NCBI GenBank assembly: GCA_964473815.1
Contig: CAYYQK010000003.1
Coordinates: 23,115 to 87,114, forward strand
Direction: 5' to 3'
Length of the DNA stretch: 64,000 nucleotides
Source of the DNA: an uncultured Candidatus Saccharibacteria bacterium
GTDB lineage: Bacteria; Patescibacteriota; Doudnabacteria; UBA920
The notes under the pieces were generated by a model. That model ran no database searches, was not told where the DNA came from, and was given only the letters and a program-made list of their open reading frames with translations. The stretch's first letter is position 1; each line of letters begins with the position of its first letter. Of the stretch, positions 8,583-17,413 are shown in pieces. The translations under genes and the position numbers were made by a program.

Positions 8583-8610
8583 GCCGCCTTAAAAGGCGGC
8601 TTTTTCTTTT
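8583..8610. terminator. Rho-independent terminator (GCCGCCTT-AAAAGGCGGC + TTTTTCTTTT), bidirectional
   Basis: Perfect 8-bp GC stem with a T-run on plus and an A-run upstream. Closes the tRNA-like region and the convergent minus-strand gene. Confidence 0.55.
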
Positions 8611-8625
8611 TAATATTTTATCAAT

Positions 8626-9003
8626 TTATTTCTTCGCAGCGTTAGCTTTACGCACTTCCACATGAACTGCTTTGTGGAAAAACAATACTGACAAAAGAAT
8701 GGCGAGATTCCCAATCCAATAATAAATGTCGCCATAGAAACTTCGGCCGATTAAAAAAGAAGTAATGCCGATATCAACAATCATCATGGTGATCAACCAC
8801 AAGATAATAATGAAAAAGGATTCCATGTAATTAATGATTCCCATCCGGCGAACAATAGCGATTGTTTCTACAACTAACAATAGGATAAAGACAATTCTTA
8901 CAAAAAAATTATCTGGGTTCAGATAATGAAAAAATAAGACTTTAGTCGCGACGAATATTACCTCGCTAATTAAAGTTCCAACAATAAACGACAGGATTGT
9001 CAT
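8626..9003 (-). CDS. Small polytopic membrane protein (125 aa)
   Basis: 3-4 predicted TM helices. ATGA overlap with the upstream membrane protein. Sits in the position usually held by mreC/mreD downstream of mreB. Confidence 0.5.
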   Translation of the reverse strand: MTILSFIVGTLISEVIFVATKVLFFHYLNPDNFFVRIVFILLLVVETIAIVRRMGIINYMESFFIIILWLITMMIVDIGITSFLIGRSFYGDIYYWIGNLAILLSVLFFHKAVHVEVRKANAAKK

Positions 9004-9536
9004 GAAATAATCTTAGTACGCTTTGTTGTGGCAGCGCGGCGAGTTGTTTTTTTGGCAACTGTTGTGCGCTTTGTTGCGGTTCGCTTTTTTGGAGCTGCTG
9101 GTGTCAGCAGATCATCAAAACCCCAAGCACTTACACTCTCGGCAACAGGAACTTTGATCGGGGTTTCCAAACGTTCAACGATCCGTTCAGTCAAAGGCAT
9201 TTTTGCTGAAACTTTTTTAGTCCCGCGCCAATGATGTGGCATGAACGCATGGAAAAGCCGAGCAGGCTTGTCTGCATTTGGTCCATAAACAATTGCATAC
9301 CAGTCTAAACCCAAAACGATTCCATACCAACCACCGATAAACCAAGCCACGAGCATGCTGAAAAAGTCTGCTAAGGCAATAATACCAGGAGAAATACCTA
9401 ATGAAAATGGATTGTAATCGCCCACTAAAAGCAAATCTAAAATTACAAATAACGCCCGATGAAGCATCGATAACAAAATAATCCCCAATATGGAACACAA
9501 AAATAGATAGAGAGCTTTGTAAGCGACTTTTCGCAT
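9000..9536 (-). CDS. Membrane protein with basic C-terminal tail (178 aa)
   Basis: About 4 TM helices, then a K/R/T-rich tail (KKRTATKRTTVAKKTTRRAATTKRTK). Downstream of mreB. Confidence 0.5.
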   Translation of the reverse strand: MRKVAYKALYLFLCSILGIILLSMLHRALFVILDLLLVGDYNPFSLGISPGIIALADFFSMLVAWFIGGWYGIVLGLDWYAIVYGPNADKPARLFHAFMPHHWRGTKKVSAKMPLTERIVERLETPIKVPVAESVSAWGFDDLLTPAAPKKRTATKRTTVAKKTTRRAATTKRTKIIS

Positions 9537-9623
9537 AGTTTTGATTTTGATTTGGACTGTTTATTTCAATTAAGAACCTTTTCTATATTATATAACAAAA
9601 GGTTTTACACAAGCAAATTTTTT

Positions 9624-10631
9624 CTACTTGATAGACAAGATGCTCTTCTTGTAACTATCTAAGTGGTCGAGTGCAACGCCTGTACCTTTGGCCACACAAA
9701 GCAAGGCTTCATCTGCCACATAACATGGGACACCAACAGCTTGGGCAATGTAATGGTCAAGGTTGCGCAATTGGGCAGTGCCTCCAGTCATAATCATCCC
9801 CTTGTCGATAATGTCGCTGGCGAGTTCCGGCGGCGTATCTTGCAATACAGTTTTAACAGCACGCACCATTTCTTTCAATTCTTCTTGAATAGCTTCCACA
9901 ACTTCGTTAGTGGAAACTGTGACAGTTTTCGGTAGACCGCTAATATTGTCGCGGCCTTTAATTTCCATGACTTCTTCTTCAGGCAATGCCATAGCCGAAC
10001 CAATTGTAATTTTGATTTCTTCTGCTGTTCTGTCGCCAATTGCCAACCCGTGTTTCTTTCGCACATATTCGGCGATCGCTGTGTCGAGTTTATTTCCAGC
10101 TACGCGCACAGAAGTTGAGTTCACAATGCCGCCCAAACTTAAAACTGCAACATCAGTTGTGCCGCCGCCCATATCAATAATTAAATTTCCACTTGCAGAA
10201 GAAATTGGAATCCCAGCACCAATTGCTGCAGCCACAGTTTCTTTAATTACAAAAGCAGACTTAGCACCAGCAGCAACCGCAGCATCGATTACAGCGCGGC
10301 GTTCTGTAGAAGTAATTCCACCGGGAACGCTAATCATTACTTCGGGACGGAAAAAACGCACCTTCCCCAAAGCTTTGTTTATAAAATATCGGAGCATGGC
10401 CTCGGTCACGCGATAGTCTGCAATCACGCCATCTTTCATGGGCCTGCTGGCCACAATGGTTTCGGGGGTACGACCAAGCATTTCCTTCGCTTCTTGTCCC
10501 ACAGCTAAAACCCGGTTATCTTCAACCGAAATTGCCACTACAGTGGGTTCGTTTATCACAATCCCCTTTTTTGGAAAAAATACTAATGTATTGGCTGTGC
10601 CTAAATCAATGCCGATCTTGTTTTGAAACAT
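9624..10631 (-). CDS. mreB: Rod shape-determining actin homologue MreB
   Basis: IGIDLGTANT...DMGGGTTD... motifs. The ORF extends to 10649 via TTG; the ATG at 10631 (MFQNK) is the likely start. Confidence 0.85.
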   Translation of the reverse strand: MFQNKIGIDLGTANTLVFFPKKGIVINEPTVVAISVEDNRVLAVGQEAKEMLGRTPETIVASRPMKDGVIADYRVTEAMLRYFINKALGKVRFFRPEVMISVPGGITSTERRAVIDAAVAAGAKSAFVIKETVAAAIGAGIPISSASGNLIIDMGGGTTDVAVLSLGGIVNSTSVRVAGNKLDTAIAEYVRKKHGLAIGDRTAEEIKITIGSAMALPEEEVMEIKGRDNISGLPKTVTVSTNEVVEAIQEELKEMVRAVKTVLQDTPPELASDIIDKGMIMTGGTAQLRNLDHYIAQAVGVPCYVADEALLCVAKGTGVALDHLDSYKKSILSIK

Positions 10632-10692
10632 ATACACTTCATTATACAAGGGCTGAGCCCGCGAGGCAATGCTGCTCTAAATCTTATAAAAA

Positions 10693-10701
10693 TGGTATAA
10701 T
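10693..10701 (+). promoter_or_regulatory. Extended -10 promoter TGGTATAAT for the PEGA-domain gene
   Basis: TGGTATAAT lies 16 nt upstream of the ATG at 10717. Confidence 0.35.
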
Positions 10702-10716
10702 ATCTATAGTTTATTT

Positions 10717-12006
10717 ATGAAATCTTCAACTCGATACACTCTGCTCGCGATTTTAGTGGTTGTATTTGCAATCGCGGCGCCATCTTTAATTTTGTATGTT
10801 AGCGGCCGCAAATTGAATTTAGATGACGGCCGCACCAGCGCCACTGGAATTTTAGATGCCAAAACCAATCCCACCGGCGTAATGCTAAGCATTGACGGTA
10901 AAGATCACAGTACCACACCGGCGATCGCCCGGTTTTTAACGCAAGGCGAATATAACGTCACTCTTCATAAGGACGGTTATTTAGATTGGAGCAAACGCCT
11001 ACCGATTGAATCAGGGCAAGTGACCTTTGCACAAGAAGGTGTCACCGAAATTCAAATGATTAAGACGCCGATTTCACGCGTGTTAATAAATAGCGGCGTG
11101 GCAAGTTTTGTTTTGGTTGATGGCAATATTGTATTTACACGCGATGAAAATCTAGTGTACGCGCCATTGAGCAACCCATCACAACAAACCAATATCGCGC
11201 TAGGTTTTCGCCCGAGTGGGTTAACAATATTGCGTGACAAAGAGCATGTGTATCTGGGAAACAATAAAGTATTTGATGCATCTCAAAAAATTATTGTAGA
11301 ATTACCCAAATTCCAAAATAATTTTTACAACCCTTCAGACATTACAGTTACACCTAATGGAGTTTTTATTTTCCTGGCTAATAATGGCTTAAACGCTTTT
11401 GATCCAAGCAATAAGAAGAATACTTTACTTCGCACTGACGTTAAAGGATTTACAATGACCGGTAATAATGGTTATTTCATAGTTTCAAATGGGAATACCA
11501 ATGACATAAACACTGCATTATGGAATGGAACTGAGTTTCGAGATCCGCAGGTTGTCAGCAGCAATGTACAAGCAAAAAACCTATACATTACGGATAATAA
11601 AGAATTATTTTGCGACTGCAATAATGGTTTCGCCCGGGTGAATAGCACGATAGAAAATTTGGGACCAAAGTCGAATGTGCACTTAGACTTATCGACAAAT
11701 GAATTAGCATTTTTAACCAACGGCAATGAGTTGCAATTTTATAATTTCTTGACTAGTAGGCCACAACTCTTGACTCGCGGTAATTTAAACTCGCAAACTA
11801 ATTTTCTAGTACGCTCCAGTATCGGTTATGGTTTTGTCGGGAACGAGAATGGGTTGGAAGCTATTGAAATCGACAGTCGTGACCACCAAAATCGGTATCA
11901 GTTAATAAAAGGTAAACAAGTTTGGCAGCTGGCTATGACTGATAACCAAAAAACCATCCTCGCATTGGTGGATGGTTCGATCGTGGCTATTGATATTCGC
12001 AATTAA
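10717..12006 (+). CDS. Signal-anchored PEGA-domain protein with a large C-terminal beta-rich region
   Basis: N-terminal TM. The GEYNVTLHKDGYLDW segment matches the PEGA-domain signature. N/T/G-rich repeat-like C-terminal region. Confidence 0.6.
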   Translation: MKSSTRYTLLAILVVVFAIAAPSLILYVSGRKLNLDDGRTSATGILDAKTNPTGVMLSIDGKDHSTTPAIARFLTQGEYNVTLHKDGYLDWSKRLPIESGQVTFAQEGVTEIQMIKTPISRVLINSGVASFVLVDGNIVFTRDENLVYAPLSNPSQQTNIALGFRPSGLTILRDKEHVYLGNNKVFDASQKIIVELPKFQNNFYNPSDITVTPNGVFIFLANNGLNAFDPSNKKNTLLRTDVKGFTMTGNNGYFIVSNGNTNDINTALWNGTEFRDPQVVSSNVQAKNLYITDNKELFCDCNNGFARVNSTIENLGPKSNVHLDLSTNELAFLTNGNELQFYNFLTSRPQLLTRGNLNSQTNFLVRSSIGYGFVGNENGLEAIEIDSRDHQNRYQLIKGKQVWQLAMTDNQKTILALVDGSIVAIDIRN

Positions 12007-12007
12007 G

Positions 12008-12454
12008 TTAGTAACCCGATTTAGGCTTGCCAGTAGCAGCGTCTAAAGCGCTATTTACTAATGCATCGGCTTCGGAGTTATATCCCCGCCGGACATGCAC
12101 AAAAGAATACGAATTAAACTTTTTTAGCAGCGCTAAAACCTTCGCAGCCAATTCTTGCAAACCTGGCTGTTTTATTTTATAAACACCGGTCATTTGTTTA
12201 ACAATTAGTTCGCTGTCCATTTGAATTTTTACATCAGTTCCACCAAGATTTACTGATTCTTCCAAAGCTTTCACCAGCGCGCTGTATTCCGCCACATTGT
12301 TGGTAGTATCACCAATATAAGCACCGTGTGAATAAAGTAATTCCCCAGTTTCGGACTTTATTACCAGACCGATACCGGCCGGCCCGGGATTGCCTCGCGC
12401 CCCGCCATCAGTGTTAATAACTAATAATTTTTTCTTTGCCATTTCAGGTAACAT
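12008..12454 (-). CDS. rnhA: Ribonuclease HI
   Basis: TDGGARGNPGPAGIG...NNVAEYSALVKAL...DSELIV. Overlaps the recJ end. Confidence 0.8.
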   Translation of the reverse strand: MLPEMAKKKLLVINTDGGARGNPGPAGIGLVIKSETGELLYSHGAYIGDTTNNVAEYSALVKALEESVNLGGTDVKIQMDSELIVKQMTGVYKIKQPGLQELAAKVLALLKKFNSYSFVHVRRGYNSEADALVNSALDAATGKPKSGY

Positions 12455-14279
12455 TTGGTTCTATGGTTTCAATTACTTGTTCTATTATAACAGTTTCTGT
12501 TATGACTTGTTCGGGTACTTCAGGCGCTACTTGTGGAAAATGAATGTCGAGCAAGCGCATTTTTAATTTTTTCATTCCCTGCCAAGTGTCAGCCATAAGT
12601 TCACCGGCTATAGAAATGGTTTGATCGGGTTGTAACAAAGCTAGTTTATTTGCCATATAACCCATGCTAAAGCCAATACAATCTAATACAGCATCACCTA
12701 CTGCAATTCGTAACTGCAAATGGCGTTGATCGCTGCCTACTAATTTATGGCTTAAAACTTTTGCGTTCTTCACTGCAAACAGTGGTCGGGTATTGCCTGC
12801 TCCGTATGGTTCCAGCTCACAAATTTCTTCAAATGCTTCCATGCTAATATCTGATTCGGTCAGCTCTGCATCTAAACTTAAAGTTGGTGAATCTGTTCTA
12901 AAAGGATGTTCTTCTGCATATTTTAGCAAAGCTTCATAAAGCTTATCTAAATCTTCTGTTTTGGCAGTCAGCCCAGCAGCTTGTTTGTGACCACCAAATT
13001 TTACTAAATACTCTCGAGAAGCTTTGAGTGCTTCCACTATATTAAAGTCGCTATTGTTTAAGCTATTGCCAATGCGAGCACTGCCAGTGCTTTCAAACTC
13101 CCCGCGTTCTAAAATTATGGCTGGACGGTTGTAAGCATCAGCAATACGACCAGCAACAATTCCCACCAAACCCTTGGCCCAACCATCACTGTGGAGTAAC
13201 AAGATTTTTCTATCGCCCATTAATTCTGCTTGCTCTTTGGCTTCCGAAACCAGACGATTAGTTAAATCACGGCGGCGGCGATTAATATCTTCAAGTCTGT
13301 TAGCCAAGGTAATCGCTTCGGCAAAATCCGTTGCTGTTAGCAAGGCTAAAGCCACATCAGCATGTTCCAAACGGCCAGCCGCATTAATGCGTGGTGCGAT
13401 TGTAAAACCTATGGCGTGACTGTCAATATTATCTTTGGCAGCATCTATACCAGCGTTCTCTATTAATTGGCGCAATCCGAGCCATTTAGACTTATGCAAA
13501 ACCTTTAAGCCAAACTTCACCAAAATTCTGTTTTCACCAAGAAGTGAATGACAATCCGCTACTGTGCCGATGGCAACTAAATCTAGCAACCACTTGTCCC
13601 ATTCCGGCTGATAGTCTGCCACTTCAATATTTTTTTGCTTGATAACTTTTTCGGCTTGCATCAGCACTGCTTTGGCAACTTTGTAAGCCACACCAACTCC
13701 AGTAATTTGATCATCGGGATATTGTTCTTCGGGATTTTTTGGATTCACTAACGCAAAAGCGTTAGGTGTGTCGCCGGTGATTTCGTGGTGATCCGTAATA
13801 ATTAAATCGATGCCATTTTCTTTGCAAAATTCCGCTTCTGCAACTGAGTTAGTGCCGCAGTCAACCGTAATTACCAAATTCACACCTTGCTCTTTAATTT
13901 TTTGGAAAGCCTCTAAATTTAAACCATACCCTTCACTGAACCGATCCGGTACATACGACGCAACGTCTACACCTAAATACCGAAAAGTCTGTTGTAGCAC
14001 AGCGTTGGCTGTAACGGCATCAGCGTCGTAGTCGCCGTAAATCAAAATCTTCTCGCCTTTTTCTATCGCCTGCCAAATGCGATCAACGGCAATTTCCATT
14101 TGGCTAAACAAAAACGGATCATACAAATTGTAATAATCCGGATTTAAAAACCACTCCACGCGCACAGGATTTTCTATGCCCCGGTTATAAAGCAATTGCA
14201 CCACCAAACTGCGCAATTCTGGATATTGCTCTAAAATATCACGGGGAACAGGTTGTTGAATCAGCCAATCCTTTGCCAT
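12444..14279 (-). CDS. recJ: Single-stranded-DNA-specific exonuclease RecJ (DHH/DHHA1)
   Basis: 611 aa with DYDADAVTA, DCGTNS and ITDHHE motifs. Confidence 0.85.
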   Translation of the reverse strand: MAKDWLIQQPVPRDILEQYPELRSLVVQLLYNRGIENPVRVEWFLNPDYYNLYDPFLFSQMEIAVDRIWQAIEKGEKILIYGDYDADAVTANAVLQQTFRYLGVDVASYVPDRFSEGYGLNLEAFQKIKEQGVNLVITVDCGTNSVAEAEFCKENGIDLIITDHHEITGDTPNAFALVNPKNPEEQYPDDQITGVGVAYKVAKAVLMQAEKVIKQKNIEVADYQPEWDKWLLDLVAIGTVADCHSLLGENRILVKFGLKVLHKSKWLGLRQLIENAGIDAAKDNIDSHAIGFTIAPRINAAGRLEHADVALALLTATDFAEAITLANRLEDINRRRRDLTNRLVSEAKEQAELMGDRKILLLHSDGWAKGLVGIVAGRIADAYNRPAIILERGEFESTGSARIGNSLNNSDFNIVEALKASREYLVKFGGHKQAAGLTAKTEDLDKLYEALLKYAEEHPFRTDSPTLSLDAELTESDISMEAFEEICELEPYGAGNTRPLFAVKNAKVLSHKLVGSDQRHLQLRIAVGDAVLDCIGFSMGYMANKLALLQPDQTISIAGELMADTWQGMKKLKMRLLDIHFPQVAPEVPEQVITETVIIEQVIETIEPNVT

Positions 14280-14306
14280 GTGGTCATGATACCACAGGCA
14301 CTCCGA

Positions 14307-15935
14307 TCAAGGTAGCTTGTCCTCCAGGAGTTCGGTAAGCAAATTCCGACCATTCATTTCGGGTGGTTTTGGCAAACCAAATAACTCTAAAATAGTTGGC
14401 GCAATATCTGACACAACTCCGCTAGGGACTCGACTCGACAAAGACAAATAATCCCGGTGCTTAGGTTCAGGAAATGCAAATTCTTTAGCCACTATAATAA
14501 ATGGTACCGGAGATGTAGAGTGTTCTTTGTCGATGCCGCCGGTTTTTAAATCAATCATCCCTTCAATATTCCCATGGTCAGCTGTAATGATTAATACCCC
14601 ACCGACATCTAACACCGCGTCGGCTACTTCTTGCATAAAACGATCTAAATATTGCACAGCCTTAATGCCTGCTTGCAACATTCCAGTATGGCCCACCATA
14701 TCGCCATTAGCATAATTGGCAAGATAGAATGAAAAGTCTTCATTTTTAATTTTTTCAATCAGCACTTCGGTTAATTCCGGGCCAGACATTTCGGGTTGTT
14801 GTTCGTAATTGCGATTGTTGTCAGGACTGGAAACAATTCGCCGTTCTTCACCAGGCATAGGTTCGCTTATCCCACCATTAAAAAAAGATGTAACGTGCGC
14901 ATACTTTTCACTCTCAGCGATGTGAAATTGGCGTAAATTATTTTGGGCAATAACCTCTGCTAAATTATTTTGCAAATTAATTGGCGGGTAAGCAACTTCA
15001 ACAGGCAGACCAAAAAAATATTCTGTCATCGTAACAAAGCACAAATTCTGTAGTGGTTGATGTGGTTTGTCGATTTTCATTTTGCTCGGATCCACGAACG
15101 CTAACGTCAATTGCAATGCCCGATCAGAACGAAAATTAAAGAAAATCACCGCATCGTTGTCCTCAATTGTAGCCACAGGTTTCATGCCCGACTCCCCTTC
15201 AGTTCGTTCAATGATAGCAGTAGGCATTATCATTTCGTCATAAACATTTTGCTGATACGAATTCAAAATCGCCTGTTCAGCTGTATCGGCCGCGTTTCCT
15301 ATGCCGTGCGTTAACATTTGATAGGTAGCCTCGGTTTGATCCCAATGCTTCCCGCGATCCATGGCGTAAAACCGTCCAGTGATCGAGGCAATTTTCCCCA
15401 CACCGATTTGCTTAATCGAATCCTGCAATTTACGTACAGAGTTGTAAGCTTCTTTTTCCGGGGTATCTCGACCGTCAGTAAACATATGCACATAAGTTTC
15501 CGTAATTCCCTGTTGCTCAGCCAAACCTAGCAAAGCAAACAAATGCTCTTCGCTACTATGCACTCCGCCAGCACTAACCATTCCCATAATGTGGAGTTTG
15601 GAATTGTTTTTCCGCACATGCTCACAGGCTTTGAGAAATGCCGGATTGCTAAAAAAAGTTTTGTCTTGAATGGCTGAATTGATACGCGGCAAATCTTGTC
15701 CCACAATACGACCAGCGCCGATATTTAAGTGACCAACTTCGGAGTTACCTACTTCACCCCACGGCAAACCCACCACTGGACCAGAAGCCAGAAGGGTGGT
15801 AGCCGGATAGCAAGACACCAAGCGGTCGAGACTCTGAGGTTGCGCCAAAGCAATGGCATTGCCATGACTATAAGAAGCAACTCCGAATCCATCCAGAATT
15901 ACTAGAACAACTTTGTTAAATTTTGGAGTGTTCAT
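14307..15935 (-). CDS. gpmI: 2,3-bisphosphoglycerate-independent phosphoglycerate mutase
   Basis: 542 aa with VVLVILDGFG...SEVGHLN...ITADHGN. Confidence 0.9.
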   Translation of the reverse strand: MNTPKFNKVVLVILDGFGVASYSHGNAIALAQPQSLDRLVSCYPATTLLASGPVVGLPWGEVGNSEVGHLNIGAGRIVGQDLPRINSAIQDKTFFSNPAFLKACEHVRKNNSKLHIMGMVSAGGVHSSEEHLFALLGLAEQQGITETYVHMFTDGRDTPEKEAYNSVRKLQDSIKQIGVGKIASITGRFYAMDRGKHWDQTEATYQMLTHGIGNAADTAEQAILNSYQQNVYDEMIMPTAIIERTEGESGMKPVATIEDNDAVIFFNFRSDRALQLTLAFVDPSKMKIDKPHQPLQNLCFVTMTEYFFGLPVEVAYPPINLQNNLAEVIAQNNLRQFHIAESEKYAHVTSFFNGGISEPMPGEERRIVSSPDNNRNYEQQPEMSGPELTEVLIEKIKNEDFSFYLANYANGDMVGHTGMLQAGIKAVQYLDRFMQEVADAVLDVGGVLIITADHGNIEGMIDLKTGGIDKEHSTSPVPFIIVAKEFAFPEPKHRDYLSLSSRVPSGVVSDIAPTILELFGLPKPPEMNGRNLLTELLEDKLP

Positions 15936-17209
15936 TTTAGTTCTGATTCAATTGCCATCAATCGATTGTATTTTGCCGAACGTTCGCTGCGTGCTAAACT
16001 TCCGGCTTTAATGTAATCTGCCCCGCAAGCAACCGCGAGGTCAGCAATGAAATCATCCATTGTTTCCCCACTGCGGTGCGAGATTACAATTTTATAATTA
16101 AATTTTTGTGCTAATTTTATTGCGGCCACGGTTTCGGAAAGCGAACCAATTTGATTTACCTTAATTAACACGGCATTGGCAATTCCCGCAATAATCCCTG
16201 CTTCGATTCGTTGTGGGTCAGTCACAAATAAATCGTCACCGACCAAAGTAACTTTATCGCCCAATGCGCCGGTTAATTTTTGCCAACCCTCGAAGTCATC
16301 TTCAGCGCACCCATCTTCGATAATTTGCAATCCAAATAAATTATTCCAACTTTGGTACAACCGGTACATACTAGCTGGTTTATAATGTTTATGATCAGCT
16401 TTTAAATGATAAATTTGTTTGTCACTGTCAAAGAATTCGGAACTCGCTGCATCGAGTCCCAGAGCGAAATCTTTTTTTACTTTGTAACCTGCTGATTCTA
16501 TAGCTTGCGCTAAAATACGTAAGGCTTTTTTGTTACTACCGATTCTGGGCGCGAAACCGCCCTCGTCCCCCACACCGGTTTGCATTTTCTTTTTGGTTAA
16601 CAATGTTTTTAACTCGCGGATAACTGCATGAGAGCGTTGAATTTTATCGGAAAAACTACCGTGCAACGGAATTAAGAAAAATTCTTGAACGTCTAACTCA
16701 CTACTCGGTGCGTGCACGCCACCATTTATTACATTCAGTAATGGTGTTGGCAAACCCATAGCTGCCCGGCCACTACCGCGAGCATTACTAAATTTAAATT
16801 GGGAATTTAAATATTCGTATAATGGTTTACCGCTGAGCTGGGCGGCGAGGCGCGCAGAGGCTAGTGATACACTCAGAATTGCGTTCGCGCCGAGCCGCGA
16901 TTTGTTGGGGGTTTTATCAATAGCAATCATTGCCTGGTCAATTTCTGCTAAATTACCCAAAGATTTTCCGCGAACTGCCCTAAAAATCGGCCCTTCCACA
17001 TTCCTGACTGCCTTTTTCACACCAAGACCCGAATACCGCTTTTTATCACCATCGCGAAGCTCCAAGGCCTCGTGGGTACCGGTGGAAGCACCGCTTGGCA
17101 CGCTGGCAATAGCAAAAACGCCACCGCTCCACACTATGGCTTCAATCGTCGGATTTCCCCGGGAATCTAAAATTTCCCGCGCAGTTATCTTGGTTATTTT
17201 GTTTTTCAT
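15932..17209 (-). CDS. eno: Enolase
   Basis: ITAREILDSRGNPTIEA at the N-terminus. The ORF continues to 17269, but the canonical N-terminus begins at the internal Met (MKNKITKI). Confidence 0.9.
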   Translation of the reverse strand: MKNKITKITAREILDSRGNPTIEAIVWSGGVFAIASVPSGASTGTHEALELRDGDKKRYSGLGVKKAVRNVEGPIFRAVRGKSLGNLAEIDQAMIAIDKTPNKSRLGANAILSVSLASARLAAQLSGKPLYEYLNSQFKFSNARGSGRAAMGLPTPLLNVINGGVHAPSSELDVQEFFLIPLHGSFSDKIQRSHAVIRELKTLLTKKKMQTGVGDEGGFAPRIGSNKKALRILAQAIESAGYKVKKDFALGLDAASSEFFDSDKQIYHLKADHKHYKPASMYRLYQSWNNLFGLQIIEDGCAEDDFEGWQKLTGALGDKVTLVGDDLFVTDPQRIEAGIIAGIANAVLIKVNQIGSLSETVAAIKLAQKFNYKIVISHRSGETMDDFIADLAVACGADYIKAGSLARSERSAKYNRLMAIESELK

Positions 17210-17364
17210 TTTTATTTCAACCGGTTGATCTATACTACAGGCAGAATTGGGACAGCAATTTAACTTCATTTCATTCTTTGTTTTCGTGAGTAACGAAAAC
17301 GAAGGGTGGATGGTTAAATTGCTCTCTCTTTTCTTTTTGTCTCAAAACACTTTTTCTTGCATTT

Positions 17365-17373
17365 ATTATACCA
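17365..17373 (-). promoter_or_regulatory. Extended -10 promoter TGGTATAAT upstream of the eno-gpmI-recJ-rnhA operon
   Basis: Plus strand reads ATTATACCA. Located between the pgk terminator and the eno start. Confidence 0.35.
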
Positions 17374-17384
17374 CAAAATTACTA

Positions 17385-17413
17385 AAAAAGCCGCAGGATT
17401 TTCGCCACGGCTT
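17385..17413 (-). terminator. Terminator after pgk
   Basis: On the minus strand: AGCCGTGGCGAAAATCCTGCGGCTTTTTT. Confidence 0.4.

Noticed and set aside
8279-8610. tmRNA hypothesis for the T-arm/CCA-containing region
   Set aside because: The 5' acceptor strand lies only 57 nt upstream of the 3' acceptor strand (tRNA-sized). The upstream 155 nt are AT-rich without pseudoknot or tag-peptide (..ALAA) features.
8360-8645. ORFs 8360..8578 (-) and 8439..8645 (+) of about 70 aa
   Set aside because: Both lie across the tRNA-like element, inverted repeat and terminator. They have no SD and show RNA-gene-like features instead.
17210-17269. 20-aa N-terminal extension of enolase (MKLNCCPNSACSIDQPVEIK)
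   Set aside because: The canonical enolase N-terminus starts at the internal Met (MKNKITKITAREILDSRGNPT). The extension is likely untranslated leader.
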